DNA of 51,810 nt, counting the filler, from Sphacelaria rigidula (lineage: Eukaryota): the NCBI GenBank assembly GCA_964200075.2. It is 4 parts of 4 records of this genome, joined end to end, with 100 filler letters (N's around TTAATTAATTAA, not from the genome) between each part and the next. Parts side by side here need not be neighbours in the genome. Positions count along the whole stretch, not along the records: positions 38,935 to 51,810 come from CAXNAA020003343.1; 3 more parts are not named here. One strand, given 5' to 3'. The position numbers and the translations under genes were made by a program. This document shows positions 38,935 through 51,092 of the stretch, piece by piece (position 1 is the first letter of the stretch; each line of letters starts with the position of its first letter). Under the pieces are notes generated by a model. The model ran no database searches. It worked only from the letters and a program-made list of their open reading frames with translations, and was not told where the DNA came from.

Positions 38935-41331
38935 TTTGTTTCCGTGATGATCGTGTTGGCTGGTTGTGATTTTCTGTACCGCGCATTTTGCGTGCAGTGT
39001 CCCTTGGAGGTTGAATTGCCCCGCTTTTTACGTGTGCAGATGGGGTATCTAGCACCTGCTGGAGTACTGATGATGAGTCTGCTTTCTTGATGCCAAGTGT
39101 TTCTCTGGCATACTCTGATGGTGTATCTAAAACGGCTAAACTGTCCTGGTGTCGTACCTTGGGCTGCTGGTGCTGCTGTGGTTTATGATGGCGATGGTGA
39201 TGATGATGACGGTGATGAGAAGGATGATCGCGATGCTTCTGCGGTGAAGTTGTCGATCTTCTTGAACTGCTGTTGTAGTCTCCTCGTCTATTGAAGTCGA
39301 CACGTTTATTCTTTTCGTGAAATTTCGGCTTTTCTCCCCTCGTTCTGTTGTATGCAGATGTAGGCTTGACCCATGAACATCTATTATTTTTACTGTAGTT
39401 TCTACCCCATCTCGTTTTTCTCGTTGAATCGTACGGTTTTGTCACTGTTCTGCCGGAAGACATCGAAGATGGTTCGGCAATCTTGACTGCTCCTGTCGAT
39501 TTGATGTCCGGGGGAGGTACTACTGCTGATGATGCTGTGCCAATCCCCATAAATTCCCCGGACACTACTTTAGTCGTAAATGCTGACCCGGTCTTTGTTT
39601 TGACATTTCTTGAGTCCCGAACAATCTTCATGTTGATGAAGTGGAGCGTGCCGTTGTTGTTGTCGGTGTGTATTGGAATCTTGAATTTTCCAAGGTCGAC
39701 GTGAGAGTCGACGGAGAACACGGTTGAAGCTCCCTTCGTGAGTGCTTCAACTGGTGAAAAAAGGTGTTTCCCTAGACCCGGAACAATAATGGCCGGAAGA
39801 CGGACGGAGTGTTGATTACCCTGCTGATCACAAACGATGGAGTGGAGTATTCCCTTTCGTGTTCCACTCAGGATATGACCTGCTGTCAGAATTCTTATGG
39901 GAGGATCGAGTTTCACATAATCAAACATCTCCTCTTCGATATTAGGAAATAGCTGATCGTCGATGTAGTGATGACTGGCACCGGAGTCGCATACCATCTT
40001 GGATGATATCGACACCGGTAGCCGAGTGTTGTCCTTGTCTGCAGGATCAGCAAAAAAGCTAAAACCTATGCCGCTTGAAGGCGAGTTTGTATCAGTCGCT
40101 GTTGGTGCTGCCGATCCGCTAGTCTCTTGAACTTGAATGTTGGGTGGTGCTGTCATCGATGCAGAATTCACTGTGACGGTGTTTGCTTGGCGTTGATGTT
40201 CGTCGATGTTGTTGTTGTCTCTATTATTGTTGCAGTTGATGTCGTTGTTCTTGAACGTTCTACCATTACCGATTTGATTCTTACATTCTGAATTGTCGTG
40301 TCTATCTGTACGATGTAGACTGCACCATTTGACAGACCTGCTCCTGCTGTTGGACTGTCTTTCAGAACGACAGTTGCGCGAAAAGTGTCCTGGTCTACCG
40401 CAGGAATAACATTTTGCAGCGAATCTTGAAGGTGTTGCAGATGAATCGAGCGGCGATGCCGCTATCATGGCGGAATCACGCCCGCGTGTTCCCTTCGACA
40501 AAATTCCGCGTGCGACGCGATTTGAATACATGTTCCTCATTGTTACTTCGATGTCGGAGATGCTGAAGTCTGGGTCACGCTCCGCATCATACTTTATCCT
40601 GTCGTATTCATCTGTTAAGCCTTCCACCACGATGTCCGTAAGTCTATCGTCTGAAATGGGCTCACCCATGTACACCAGCTGATCACGTAGTTCATAGATC
40701 TTGGTCAAAAACACGTCAGGATCTTGGCCAGGTGACATCTTGACGTAATCTAGCTGGTGCATAAGAATACGCCGCCTTTGCTTCGAAGAGTTCTCGAATT
40801 TACCGACCAGCGCCCCCCATGCAATTTTACCATCCGGTCTTGCATGGCCCTTCGGCTCGAAGCGAAGTAGAAAACTGCGGGCTGGGCCTGTAGTTGTCAA
40901 GTATAATATGTTGAACAACTGTTCGTTGCAACGATCCCAATCATCAACTTCAGATGTGTTCACCACAACTCTCACATGTGTGTCCCCTCGAGAGAAGTCC
41001 ACTCCGCTGCCAGCCAGCGGGTCCCGGACTGTATCACTTGATTCGGCTGCCTCTTCAGATGAAGACGGCGCGGTTCTTTGGGAGCGGGTGTGTGGCGGAG
41101 TTGATCTTGACCTGGGTCGTGCAACTGGAACTGATTGAGCACCTTGAATGTGCTCCAGGTCATCAAACATTTCCTCGGGACGTGTACCCCCATTCATAAT
41201 ATCTGAGATCCCAGGATGTGTGAGGGAAATGATTGCGCGCGTGCTGCGCTTCCATTCGAGGAAATTTGTTCCATCGAATTTCCTGATGCTCCTGATGAGC
41301 TGTGCAACAGATGGCTCTCCTTGATTATTCA
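38935..41331 (-). CDS. Copia Gag (UBN2-type) + CCHC zinc knuckle + aspartic protease, followed by an unrecognised basic/His-rich tail
   Basis: KFDGTNFLEWKR; DGKIAWGALVGKFE; MSPGQDPDVFLTKI; IVVEGLTDEYDRI; CYSCGRPGHFSRNC (~40370-40412); WCSLHRTDRHDNSEC; protease MVCDSGASHH (~39970-39997); IIVPGLGKHLFS. No stop before the N gap. Confidence 0.9.
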
Positions 41332-41520
41332 TCTTGTAACACCATGTGTGAGAATTTATCACACCTAAAACCTTGATCTAATAAGAAATATGAAGATAGG
41401 ACTCTCATCACTTTTTAGCTGCAGTGACGACCTTGATGGGAAGTCTCCTCGCTGGTGCTGACCGACGTCGTCTCGAAGCAAAGGCTGATTACCTGAAGTC
41501 CTACGTGGTCGCGAAATCGA

Positions 41521-41531
41521 GGCTCATAACC
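41521..41531 (-). promoter_or_regulatory. Primer-binding site, copia-type internal tRNA-iMet fragment
   Basis: GGTTATGAGCC immediately after the LTR terminal CA; resembles the GGTTATGGGCCC PBS of copia elements primed by a cleaved tRNA-iMet. Confidence 0.8.
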
Positions 41532-42003
41532 TGTTAGAATAATTCGTGGTCGTGGCACTGTCCTTACGACAGGCCAACTACTGTTCAGCGAACAGTAGTA
41601 TGCAGAGGTTGCACCGTGGTTGATTAGACCACTTGCTTCCGCAGCTCACTCTTTCAGCGATGGTGCTCGATGAGTTTTTGTCGGCCTAATGCCCCTCGAT
41701 CGTGTAGATACTTTTTCAGCGCGGATTACCGACTCTGTGAGCTTACAGCACTGACCGAAACCGCCATTTCCTCTTGTATCACTCCTCCCCCCCAAAAAAC
41801 AAATCAAGGAAAATGGCGGTTTCGGTCAGTGCTGGAAGCTCAGAGAGTCGGTAATCCGCGCTGAAGAAGTATTCACGCGATCGAGAGGCCGACAAAAACT
41901 CGTTCGGCACCATCGCTGAAAGCGTGAGGAAAGCGCTGTTTTGGCCTGAACCTCATTTTGGTTCACAACCTCATTTAATAGAACTATCTGTCCTAGGATA
42001 ACA
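41532..42003 (-). repeat. 5' LTR of the copia element (~472 bp)
   Basis: The 3' end is fixed by ...TCTAACA directly abutting the PBS. The 5' end is inferred from the matching inverted terminus TGTTATCC at 42003. No second LTR is in the window to confirm it. Confidence 0.65.
41645..41928 (+). other. Long inverted repeat / hairpin inside the LTR
   Basis: Arms 41645-41772 and 41807-41928 are reverse complements, with about 11 substitutions, a 7-nt bulge and a 1-nt indel; 34-nt loop. Confidence 0.9.
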
Positions 42004-44611
42004 GCAGAAACACTTGGGGCTCGTCAGTGCCGCATGACCACACGAAAGGGTATGACACAGAGACAGTCTGCCTCTATGTCATATCCTTTGGACCACATCG
42101 ACCGTGATGACTTTATCACACTGGCAACCGGAGTCAGCACAACCAACGCAGAGTACAGTGGTGTAGTAACATGACTTTGACTCTCTCATCTCTCACTACT
42201 CTTCGCGTGGCCGATTTCCTTTTGTCCGCGTGTCTACCATTTGCCACGTCGAGAAAAAACAACTGATATGTGTTGATTATTTCAAATCCCGAAGCTCCAT
42301 GCTCGCGCACCTAGTAGATGCCGACAAATTATCAAGGGGAAAGAGCTGTCGCTTTGTGCATTGTACCGAGGGGCACGGAGGACCCCAGGTACAGAGCGTG
42401 GCGTGCACGGGAGCAACATCATGGTGACTGTATTATGTTCTTATGTTTGTCCTCTATGTTGAGTCCGTCGGCAGCGCCATGTTCGCCGCACACGCGGCCA
42501 ACTGACTACCCCCAAAGATCCTCCAGGTCGGTCAACGTTTCGAGCCTCAAGAGGAATGAAACGCCTCCGGACGGGTGCGCGACCCTCGAGAGGTAACTTT
42601 TTGGTTTCCCCTAGAGGGGTTAAACGCCTCCGGAGGCTTATTTTGCCTCTGGAGGACCGCCCACCTCTCCGAAGGTACTTTCCTACCCCCAACTCCCTTC
42701 GGAGGGGTGCGCGGCCCTTCAGGTCGGTAGTGTTTGGTGTTCTCCACGGTGATTGAAGGCCTTGGGAGGCTTGTTTTGCCTCTGGAAGGCCACGCAATGA
42801 GTGATGTCGTACAGACAGAACGGTACACACGTGACAGTGTACGTATACGCAAGCCCCACAAAAATACACCGGACAGTTGAACGCTGTACAGTACCGTACA
42901 GTGTCTTCTTTTCCCCTCATTCCCCGCTGTGTTCCTTCCCATTGTCTATGGGTGTCACCAAAGGATGAGATTCCACCAAACCTCTGGAGAGGGTGACCCC
43001 CTCCTCCTGTCAGCTCCAAAATGTATCCCTTTGACCGTCAGGATGGCTCACCTGGGTCTCGTACTCCTGCTTCAAGTGAATGTTTTGCCGAAACAACAGA
43101 GAACTTACCCCGTGGGTGACACTCGGTCCATGCTCTTCCACACAGGGGATGAAAAGTGAGAGACGAGAGACAGTACGCCACCATGTGGCTCTCGTACTGT
43201 ACTAGTGCACCCGACGTCCCTCATGCTGGCTTCGATTGAAGGTGTGAAAATGTGCACACTCGGCCATTCGGCTACCTTGTAGAGGATTTTCCAAACGTCA
43301 TCCTCGATTCCGTCCGTTTTGAAATCTCCGCTGGAGGATCTTGGGTATCCACAATCCTCCCACGGGTTTTCAATGTTGGGGCCCTCGAAGGTCGGAGTCA
43401 ATATTAAAATTCCCTGGATTATTTTTGAAGGCCCAAGTGCAATCGAAATCTGTAATCTGTACAGCCTCTGCTGTTCGAAAAATATCCCAGTTCCAAATTT
43501 GGAATTGGGCAAAAAGGATATATTCCGAACAGCAGAGGCTGTACAAATCCCATATACACTCGCAGATGCTGTTCGAAATCCTATTTTGCCCGCAAAATAC
43601 CTGAAATTGGGCAAAAAGAGAACTTTTTTCGAGCAGCTTCTACTGTTCAAGTTCCACATACTGCACCGTATCAGTGGATGAGATTCGAAAGGCAGCAGAA
43701 GTTGTTGATAATTCATCCTTTCGCCCCCCAATTCATATTGATCGATCGATTGGTTGATTGATTAATTGATGATCGCACATTAGCTGGTTGCAACAATCCA
43801 GCCCACGGTCAGGAGCAGCAAGAAAAAAGCAGAATAATAAAAAAAAAGCAGGAAAAAACAGAAGCAACGGCCTCAGAAAGGAAAGAAGGACGGAAGCAGC
43901 GACAAGAACAAACAACAGAAGCAATAACAAACGACGACAGCAATGACAAAATAATAACTAACATATACAAAACACGAACACGAGCACGAACAACACAACA
44001 AGATGAATATCTCGCATAACGTAGCTGATTACGACACTCCAGCTAATGATCAGAAAAAACGGGGGAAAACGAAAGAAAAAAATGAAATGAAATTATAGCA
44101 CGTGAGGGAATACAACAGACAAGAAGACAGTGTCAGGCTCGTCTCCGGGATATGTATATATATATATATTCATCAATTGGGCAAGGGGATAAAATACTTC
44201 AACAGCCTCGGCTGTATACAGATCACATACACTGATTGCGAATGTATATCCACACGGCTGTGCTGTATAACTTGAGCTGTTGGTTATGCCAAAAATCTGT
44301 ATGAACCGCACACATGAATACACACAGGTTCTGAGACCCCGTAGTCCCGAGTCTACCATATCAATACCAAAGCATTTTTTCGATTGAACACGCGAAAATT
44401 CTGATCGCGGTTTATTCGGCGCGTTGATGACAATATGACTATCACAACAATAACCACGGTTTGGTGCTGTACTGAACTGTACAAAACCGTGCAGGACAGT
44501 ATCATATCGTGTTTTTATACGTGCGGTGCAATATACTGCAGAGTTAGCGCGGGATATGCGCTATATATGGCTACACAACGTGGATGTTTGTAGGTGCATG
44601 GGGGTGTTTAA

Positions 44612-46508
44612 CCCTTTTGGAACCCTCCCCTCCTGTCCCCTGGCCAAACGCCTCATTATGAGAAGCCCTGACGAAGAGGAGAACGTGGAATCAGAATTGG
44701 CCGACGGCAACCATTTTTATAATGGAAGACCGAAGAAGAATGTCCTCCCTTGAGAATTTGGGTAAGGTTTGTCCAACGACACCACGCAACGGATGAAGTG
44801 TGTCCAATTATATCCATCGACAATAATTAGCTAAACCACTATGAAACATTCCATTAAAAAAACCAGCAATGGGCTCCAGGGTCCAACCTGACACGTTTGT
44901 ATATTAGCATTTGTAGATGAGGGAAACACCGCTTTGACGGGCTGCAGCATCGGGTGGCGAGTTTGCCAAGCCACACCGTACATACGGCATAGTATAGCTG
45001 AACCCAGCGAAATCCCGTCACCACATGTTGAAGGCACAGTGGGTTGTGCGGGCGGTACATGGCGGGCGTAATCGCAGGGGTCCGAATAGGCGATATATAT
45101 GTACACGGGGGGGAGCCAGCGGGCACCGCCTACCGTAATCAGGCCAGATGAAGAACACTACAGTGTGGAGGTCGTGAGACGGTGTCGCCAATGTGGAGGT
45201 CGTGAGACTCCCGGTGACGGTAGAAACCGTCGAAGGTAGCCGATGATTTCCCTCGGGTTATGTAGTCAAGGATTGGCCGTAAGTTGTGGGGTTGAGGCAA
45301 CGTGGATCACTCGGGAAAGCTCGACGAGCGCGAGCGAGGTAGCTCGATGACGAAGTCTGAGAGTCTTGGTCAAGAGTGATCCCCAGGGATAGCCAGCAGT
45401 TCGCTGGGAAGACCCCTGTTACTTTGGGGTCCCAGATCCGGCTGTTCAGATATGGAAGTTTCGGGGCTCCTGCGAACTTACCCCTGTAACAGCCGTTCAC
45501 TAGGTTACACGTCATAAAAGGAAATCTCTCCGCACATGCCCAAATGGTGATCTCCACAACAGTCAATAAATACAGTAGGTTACAGTATTGACTTGCGGCT
45601 ACATTTCGTGCAAGATGAATATGAGCATGTCGTGAAAAGTCGGCCACGAGAATTGACGACACGAGACGATAGCGGTAGCCGGCGTTATGAATATCATGCA
45701 GCATGAAGTATTTCTGTGCAACGGTCGGGAACGATCAACCCGCGGTATAGATGTGTTGGGGCAACTGTGCCTTTCGCTACGCCGTTGTATGTGGTCAACC
45801 CGCAGTATGATGTCGTCGGCACGTACTTGGCAGAGCGCAGCTCTGTGCATGCCTTGCGTTTACAGAGATATTTCCAACATATAATACAGGCATGACACGA
45901 AGCAGTAAGGCATCTCCCCTGGGGTGACGGCACTTGGCAGGCTCTACACCACAGTGACGGTGCATAGCTGCAGGGCACATGGCGTCTGCGTCGCCTTGAC
46001 ACATTTTTTCACACGGCGCGATGGTGCTTTTGGAACGTGCATGAGCGCGATGTTGTGCATAACGTGAGTCTGCGGTCGAGATTACCCCAAACTGCTATAA
46101 ACACACCCAGTAATGTACAGGGCAGTATCGCAGCACTCCCGGCGGCATGGAAAGGTGACTGCCTGGGATTGTATTAGACCGCCAGTTCATAAATATAGTG
46201 AATGCGCCATCGGCGTTGCTCTTGTTGCTATGCCACTGCAAAGAGTATAAACTGCAGCGGGCAAGGCGTGCAGGTCAGGCGGAAAGCATGCTTCACAGAG
46301 GCCTGCCGCGCACTGTTGCCGGGGAAGGAGCCCATGAGTGAAGAAAAGAAACACCGACGGATCGCAGCAAGAAGCTAGGAACGCTTCTCTTGTTCCACTT
46401 GGCACTCGTACGGGTCTGAAAAATACGCGTTGGGCCAAAACTGTTGCGTCTAAGCTCAAAAACCCTAAATTGCAAATTATGAATTTTCCACTGTCAGTTC
46501 CAAAAGGG
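44612..46508. mobile_element. Possible 1.9-kb non-autonomous piggyBac-type element
   Basis: TTAA|CCCTTTTGGAAC at 44608-44623 and GTTCCAAAAGGG|TTAA at 46497-46512; same terminus as the 118-bp MITE. No transposase motif seen. Could instead be the ends of two separate elements. Confidence 0.55.
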
Positions 46509-47930
46509 TTAATACCGTCAGCTACTGAGTGTGCATCACGACGCCCGTCTTACAGCATGCTCACCGCTGCAGTCAGTAGGACGTGAAGGGGAAGCGGGCA
46601 AAGTACAGTACAGACAGCGCAGGACTATATGTATGTTTTCTGCTTACAGTGCGACGTGAAAGAGACTTGAACAGTGTCCGCAGCTTTGTCTGCCTGCAAT
46701 ACTGTCCATGAGTGTGTATGCAGTCCAAGCCACCGGTTATTGCCCGCACCCTACCCCGCGTGGTTCCGGCGCCGCGCGATTCCGCGACCGACCATGGAAG
46801 AAGATTCTCAAGTTTAAACTCTTACCAACATGAAATACACACTACTCAACTACGGCAGTGTGTATCTACATCCCTGTGCTTAACTCGTGCTCTTTGCTGC
46901 AGGGTTGTGGTGAAAGCTGGGAATAAGTGTGGTCGGGTTTGCATGGTTCAATCTGTGAACGGCGGGTATATCTGGCCATACCACAAGATCACTGGGGTCC
47001 CAAAGTTGCCCTGAAAGCAGTTAAAACACGAGTGCAGAAGTGTATATTTACACGATGGAGGATAGTCCACGGCTACGTCCTCCGGAGTCGCAACAAATGC
47101 CCTGGAGGCCGTAGTTGGTCCCACCTCCAGAGGAATGATGCTCATATTTCCCTCTGATGTTCATATTTCCCTGTAAGGAACGTTCACGGAACCCACGTGC
47201 TCCAGAGCACCATCTCTTTGGTACTCTGGAGGGATCCAGACGTAAGAAGTCACTGGAGCATGATATGCCCTCCAGAGGTGTCGTTTCATGATCGGAACTA
47301 AGTATGAAATACCCTTTGAAGGGTAATTTTATCTTCCGAGGGGTCACCTTGCCCTCGAGAGGATGAAAATCGCGATAGAGGGTTTTGAAGGGGGTAGCCG
47401 AGTGCGCGCTCGTTTTGCTCAAGTCACCACGGTCGGGGTGGTGGTGCGCCGCTGACCAGCCGCAAGTAGTTCCGCCATTATCCTAGGGTGCTCATGATTT
47501 TCGATGGTGCGCCGTGTGCACACATGTTTTTCCGGAACCCATACATTATTTCCCCGCAACCAAACATGCATACCTCGTCCGTTGGAAAATACCCTCATGT
47601 ATGAGCTACTGTCTCGTGAATGATAATCGAAACATATGGGTATTACTATAGTTCATTTTATCCACATTTTACACTAGAAAACGGAGCCGCCGGAACAACA
47701 GTGACAGTCACGTACCGTTCATACGCATGTGTTCGAGCGGTTGCCCTTGGTGACTCACACAAAGCAGTCTATGGAGAACGTATCGCAGCTGACCGTTCAT
47801 GTTAGTAGATAGTTGCTCCGCTGGTTGTTCTGTAGCGGGTCATGAACTGTACGTGATGGTCTGGGGCGAAGGACAGTTGCTCCGCAATTATCCTGATAAT
47901 ATAGTGTTGCTCAGCATGTAGTTCAGTTAA

Positions 47931-48048
47931 CCCGTTTGGAACCCACTGACGATTTTTGTTTGTGTGAATCGCCATCATTTTGACTGGGAAATGACTGAAA
48001 ATGATGCCGATTAGCAAAAACAAAAATCGTCAGTGGGTTCCAAAAGGG
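47931..48048. mobile_element. piggyBac-type MITE (118 bp) with TTAA target-site duplication
   Basis: TTAA|CCCGTTTGGAACCCACTGACGATTTTTGTTT ... AAACAAAAATCGTCAGTGGGTTCCAAAAGGG|TTAA; ~30-bp TIRs with CCC/GGG ends. Confidence 0.88.
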
Positions 48049-48814
48049 TTAATCTTTATACGTGACTGAAACGTGTGTATCGCATCAGGAGAGGTGACAC
48101 AACACATAACGACAAAGTCCCGAAGAAGCATGCACAGACACGTACCAGTCACGCGCATCAGCTTGCATTCTCCTCAGTGATGTACGCGCATTATTTCCCG
48201 CGGTAACCCTTGCTATCATATACACACGGCAGTCTGCGTTCGGCGGAAATCCGTTCGTACATTCACTGCTGGCCGCTGATATCAGTGATCCATGCGGGCC
48301 ATCAACCGTTCGCTCCGCTATCACCTTGAATTTATACCGCGCATGACAAGTATCCTTGTTACTGTTCAGTTGCTCCGCGCCATTTAATTGATATTACGCA
48401 CAGAAGTCAGCCATTACTGAAAAACGTCTGTAGGCCGCAGAAGACACCGAGCCCCGAGAAAACGCGCATAGAAACCTGCGCTCGGTTGCATTTCCTTCCT
48501 AACCTATGCGCATTAGCGGTAGCCCTTGCTAAAATGTACACGCGGTAGCCTTCGTTTGACGGGAATTTGTTCTGTATATTGGAGGACACGTGTCGTTGCT
48601 GACCGCTCGCGCAAGTGTGCCGCGATCTTTCCTCTTTGAATTGTGAAACGATTTGAGCAAGGCCACGCAGAGAGTGCCCAGGTGATGACCAGCTACGGCC
48701 CGAGCTGTGTGTGTGGGTTGGCAGGGGCACCAAGTTACTGAGGTTTATCTACGATTGTGTTGGGTTGTCTGAACGCGCATTAGTTTCTACCGCTTGCTAA
48801 CCTAGGCGCTTTTT

Positions 48815-49720
48815 GTGGTACGTCCATCATGAGACCACGGCTTAACCCCTGGGGGGTCAGTTGAAGTACAACAATCAAATCAATCAACACTATGTACATG
48901 TATTATTCCACATTTTCCACCACTTTTGCCGAGTTTCCTCTGGTGGCAAGGCTTTTTCTCCCATTCTTTCTTATGCAGCGCACTGAGAAGGCTCAGCGGT
49001 ACATTAGCGTTCAAGTTTGAGCGTCATCTGATACCTGGGGCGCGTGTTCTGGCCATCGAACGTGGCTCAAACTGGCCTTTTTTCGCGGGGTGTAGATCTC
49101 GGCCCACAAAAGCCTCCTCAAGATCGTGGGAAACTTGACAAAACATATTTTCGACGTGCGTCACCCCCGGGAGGCCCGCACCAACCTCCTGGAGTGGAAC
49201 CTTGTATAATAAATCACATATAATAAAGTGTGCTTTGCTTGTGTTGACTTTTTTAATACTCTTTTTCTTTGTCACGACGTAGTCTGCTATGTCGTTCTAT
49301 CCGACCCCTCTTTCGTTTTTTTGCTGTTCCTCCTTCTTTCTTCTTCTCAGAGCGTGTTTCAGTTTCGTTTTTGTTGGGTACGTACGTCCATCATGAGACC
49401 ACGGCTGGACCCCTGGGGGTGCAATTAAAGTGCGACAATCACTCAATCAATAATATGAGTGGTAAATATATCATACATGTACATGTATACTTCCACATTT
49501 TCACCACTCTTGCCCAGTTTCCTCTGACGGCAAGGCATTTTATCCCGCGCTTTCTTTTGCAGAGCACGAAGAAGGCGCAGCGGTACATAACCGTTCAGGT
49601 CTGGGTGTCATCTGATACCTCTGGCGCGTGTTCTGGCCCCCGAAAGTTGCCCAAACTGGCTCTTCGTGGGTTGTTGATCCCGAACCACAAAAGCCTCTTC
49701 AAGATCGTGGAAAACTTCGA
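48815..49720 (+). repeat. Local direct duplication (~48815-49140 and ~49375-49720) of a dispersed repeat with CAAT-rich tail
   Basis: GTACGTCCATCATGAGACCACGGC...ACAATCAxxTCAATCAA...TTTCCTCTGxxGGCAAGGC...CACAAAAGCCTCxTCAAGATCGTGGxAAACTT occurs in both copies. Related heads at ~29135-29200 and, inverted, in the 33350-35060 dynein introns. Confidence 0.8.
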
Positions 49721-51037
49721 ACAGGGACCCGAACCACAAAAGCCTGTTTGAGGCGGGAGATTTCTCGTTGATTTCGGAGCACCAAGACAGCGGTTATGCA
49801 GCGAATGTCACGAGAACATCAGAGCAACGCAGGTGAAAATAGTTGAACATTGCGTTGGCCTTAGTCAGGAGCAAACACAAGTCGAATAATTTGAGATCAC
49901 TAATTATTAGTTTTGACGTCAAGCCTCTAACACCGTCACATCTGCGTGATGCGAGTCCCAGTTATGCGAACCCAACAGGGCACAATAGCATGTTCAAGAT
50001 CTCTGGAGAATTTATAGATCGGTATTAGAGGAAGGTATCACCGTCACAGCTGCAGCAGGGGAAGTCGCTGATGGCCCGGTCTGGATTGATACGGTGGATA
50101 TCCACGGTGCGTAGGACTTTATGTTTTGAACACCCTGCTCTCTGATGACGGCTGGGTATAATGACAATTTAGCACGCAGGCTGCGACGGATCCTGCCGGC
50201 CTCATTATCAATCTTCGCCTAGTTGTGGATGAACGTTCGAAGAAACCCAGCAAACAAGCATCGTTCATGGTGCGCTATATATGTGAGGGTTGGGCGCTAA
50301 ACATTTCCGCTTCAAAATCTCGACAGTCGAGCTCCTGTCGCGCAACCAGTGGGTAGTGCCACGGACCCTTGGCGGCGCACCTGGCACTGGGGGCGACACC
50401 CCGGTGCAGACAGTCCCATCACTACCGGGACGGCCATACAAACAGGCCGGCGGCCGTGATGGTCGTTGCGCTGAGGTTCTTCTGGCGTGACCAACTTAGA
50501 GTACGGCGGCACAGGCTTTGAATTGTACTACACCCTGGACAAATGCTTTCTACAGTCAGCATACGACTTCAAAGATGTTTTGTGCACATTGTGCAAGCTA
50601 GTGCTTCCTGCGACGTGCGCAATACCCGTAGTGCGAACCGCGCGCAGTATCACTTCAAGGCAGAGTAAACATTTCCACGCGGTATGAATTGTCACAGCCG
50701 GCTTGCGTGCCATAGCGGCTGTGTTACCATACACGTCGGCTCAATATACAGGCAATGATGAAAGCGGCAGAGGCGGCCTACTACTCCCGCATGCGCCCCC
50801 CACGGCAAATCCACGCTTAGCTGCAACACCGACCGCTGTCCCAGATGTGGCGGAGCGAGGGGTGCGAGGGGTAGTAGACCACGTACACACAGACAGCAAG
50901 CAGTATCACACATATTTACTGTATACAAGTGTGTTTTTAAATCCGTGCGCGCGGGGTGTGGCCAGCATGTAAGTTCAACACACCTTAGGATCGACGGTTT
51001 TCAAAACCAAAAGGACTAGTCCCTGAAGGGGCCACAC

Positions 51038-51092
51038 CCCTGACCCTAACCCCAACACCAACCCTAACCCTGAAACCCTTACCCTACCCCCA
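51038..51092 (+). repeat. Degenerate interstitial (CCCTAA)n telomere-like tract
   Basis: CCCTGA CCCTAA CCCCAA CACCAA CCCTAA CCCTGA AA CCCTTA CCCTAC. Confidence 0.6.

Larger units (their letters stand above)
38935..42003 (-). mobile_element. Ty1/copia-type LTR retrotransposon, 5' half (truncated by segment end)
   Basis: 5' LTR with TGTTA...TAACA ends, adjacent PBS GGTTATGAGCC, and a gag-protease ORF open to the gap. Confidence 0.9.

Noticed and set aside
43105-43731. 208-aa minus-strand ORF
   Set aside because: It runs through palindromic repeat sequence and has no recognisable motifs or clear splice context.
50030-50930. GC-rich exon-like patches near the window end
   Set aside because: I could not assemble a phase-consistent model or recognise a product.
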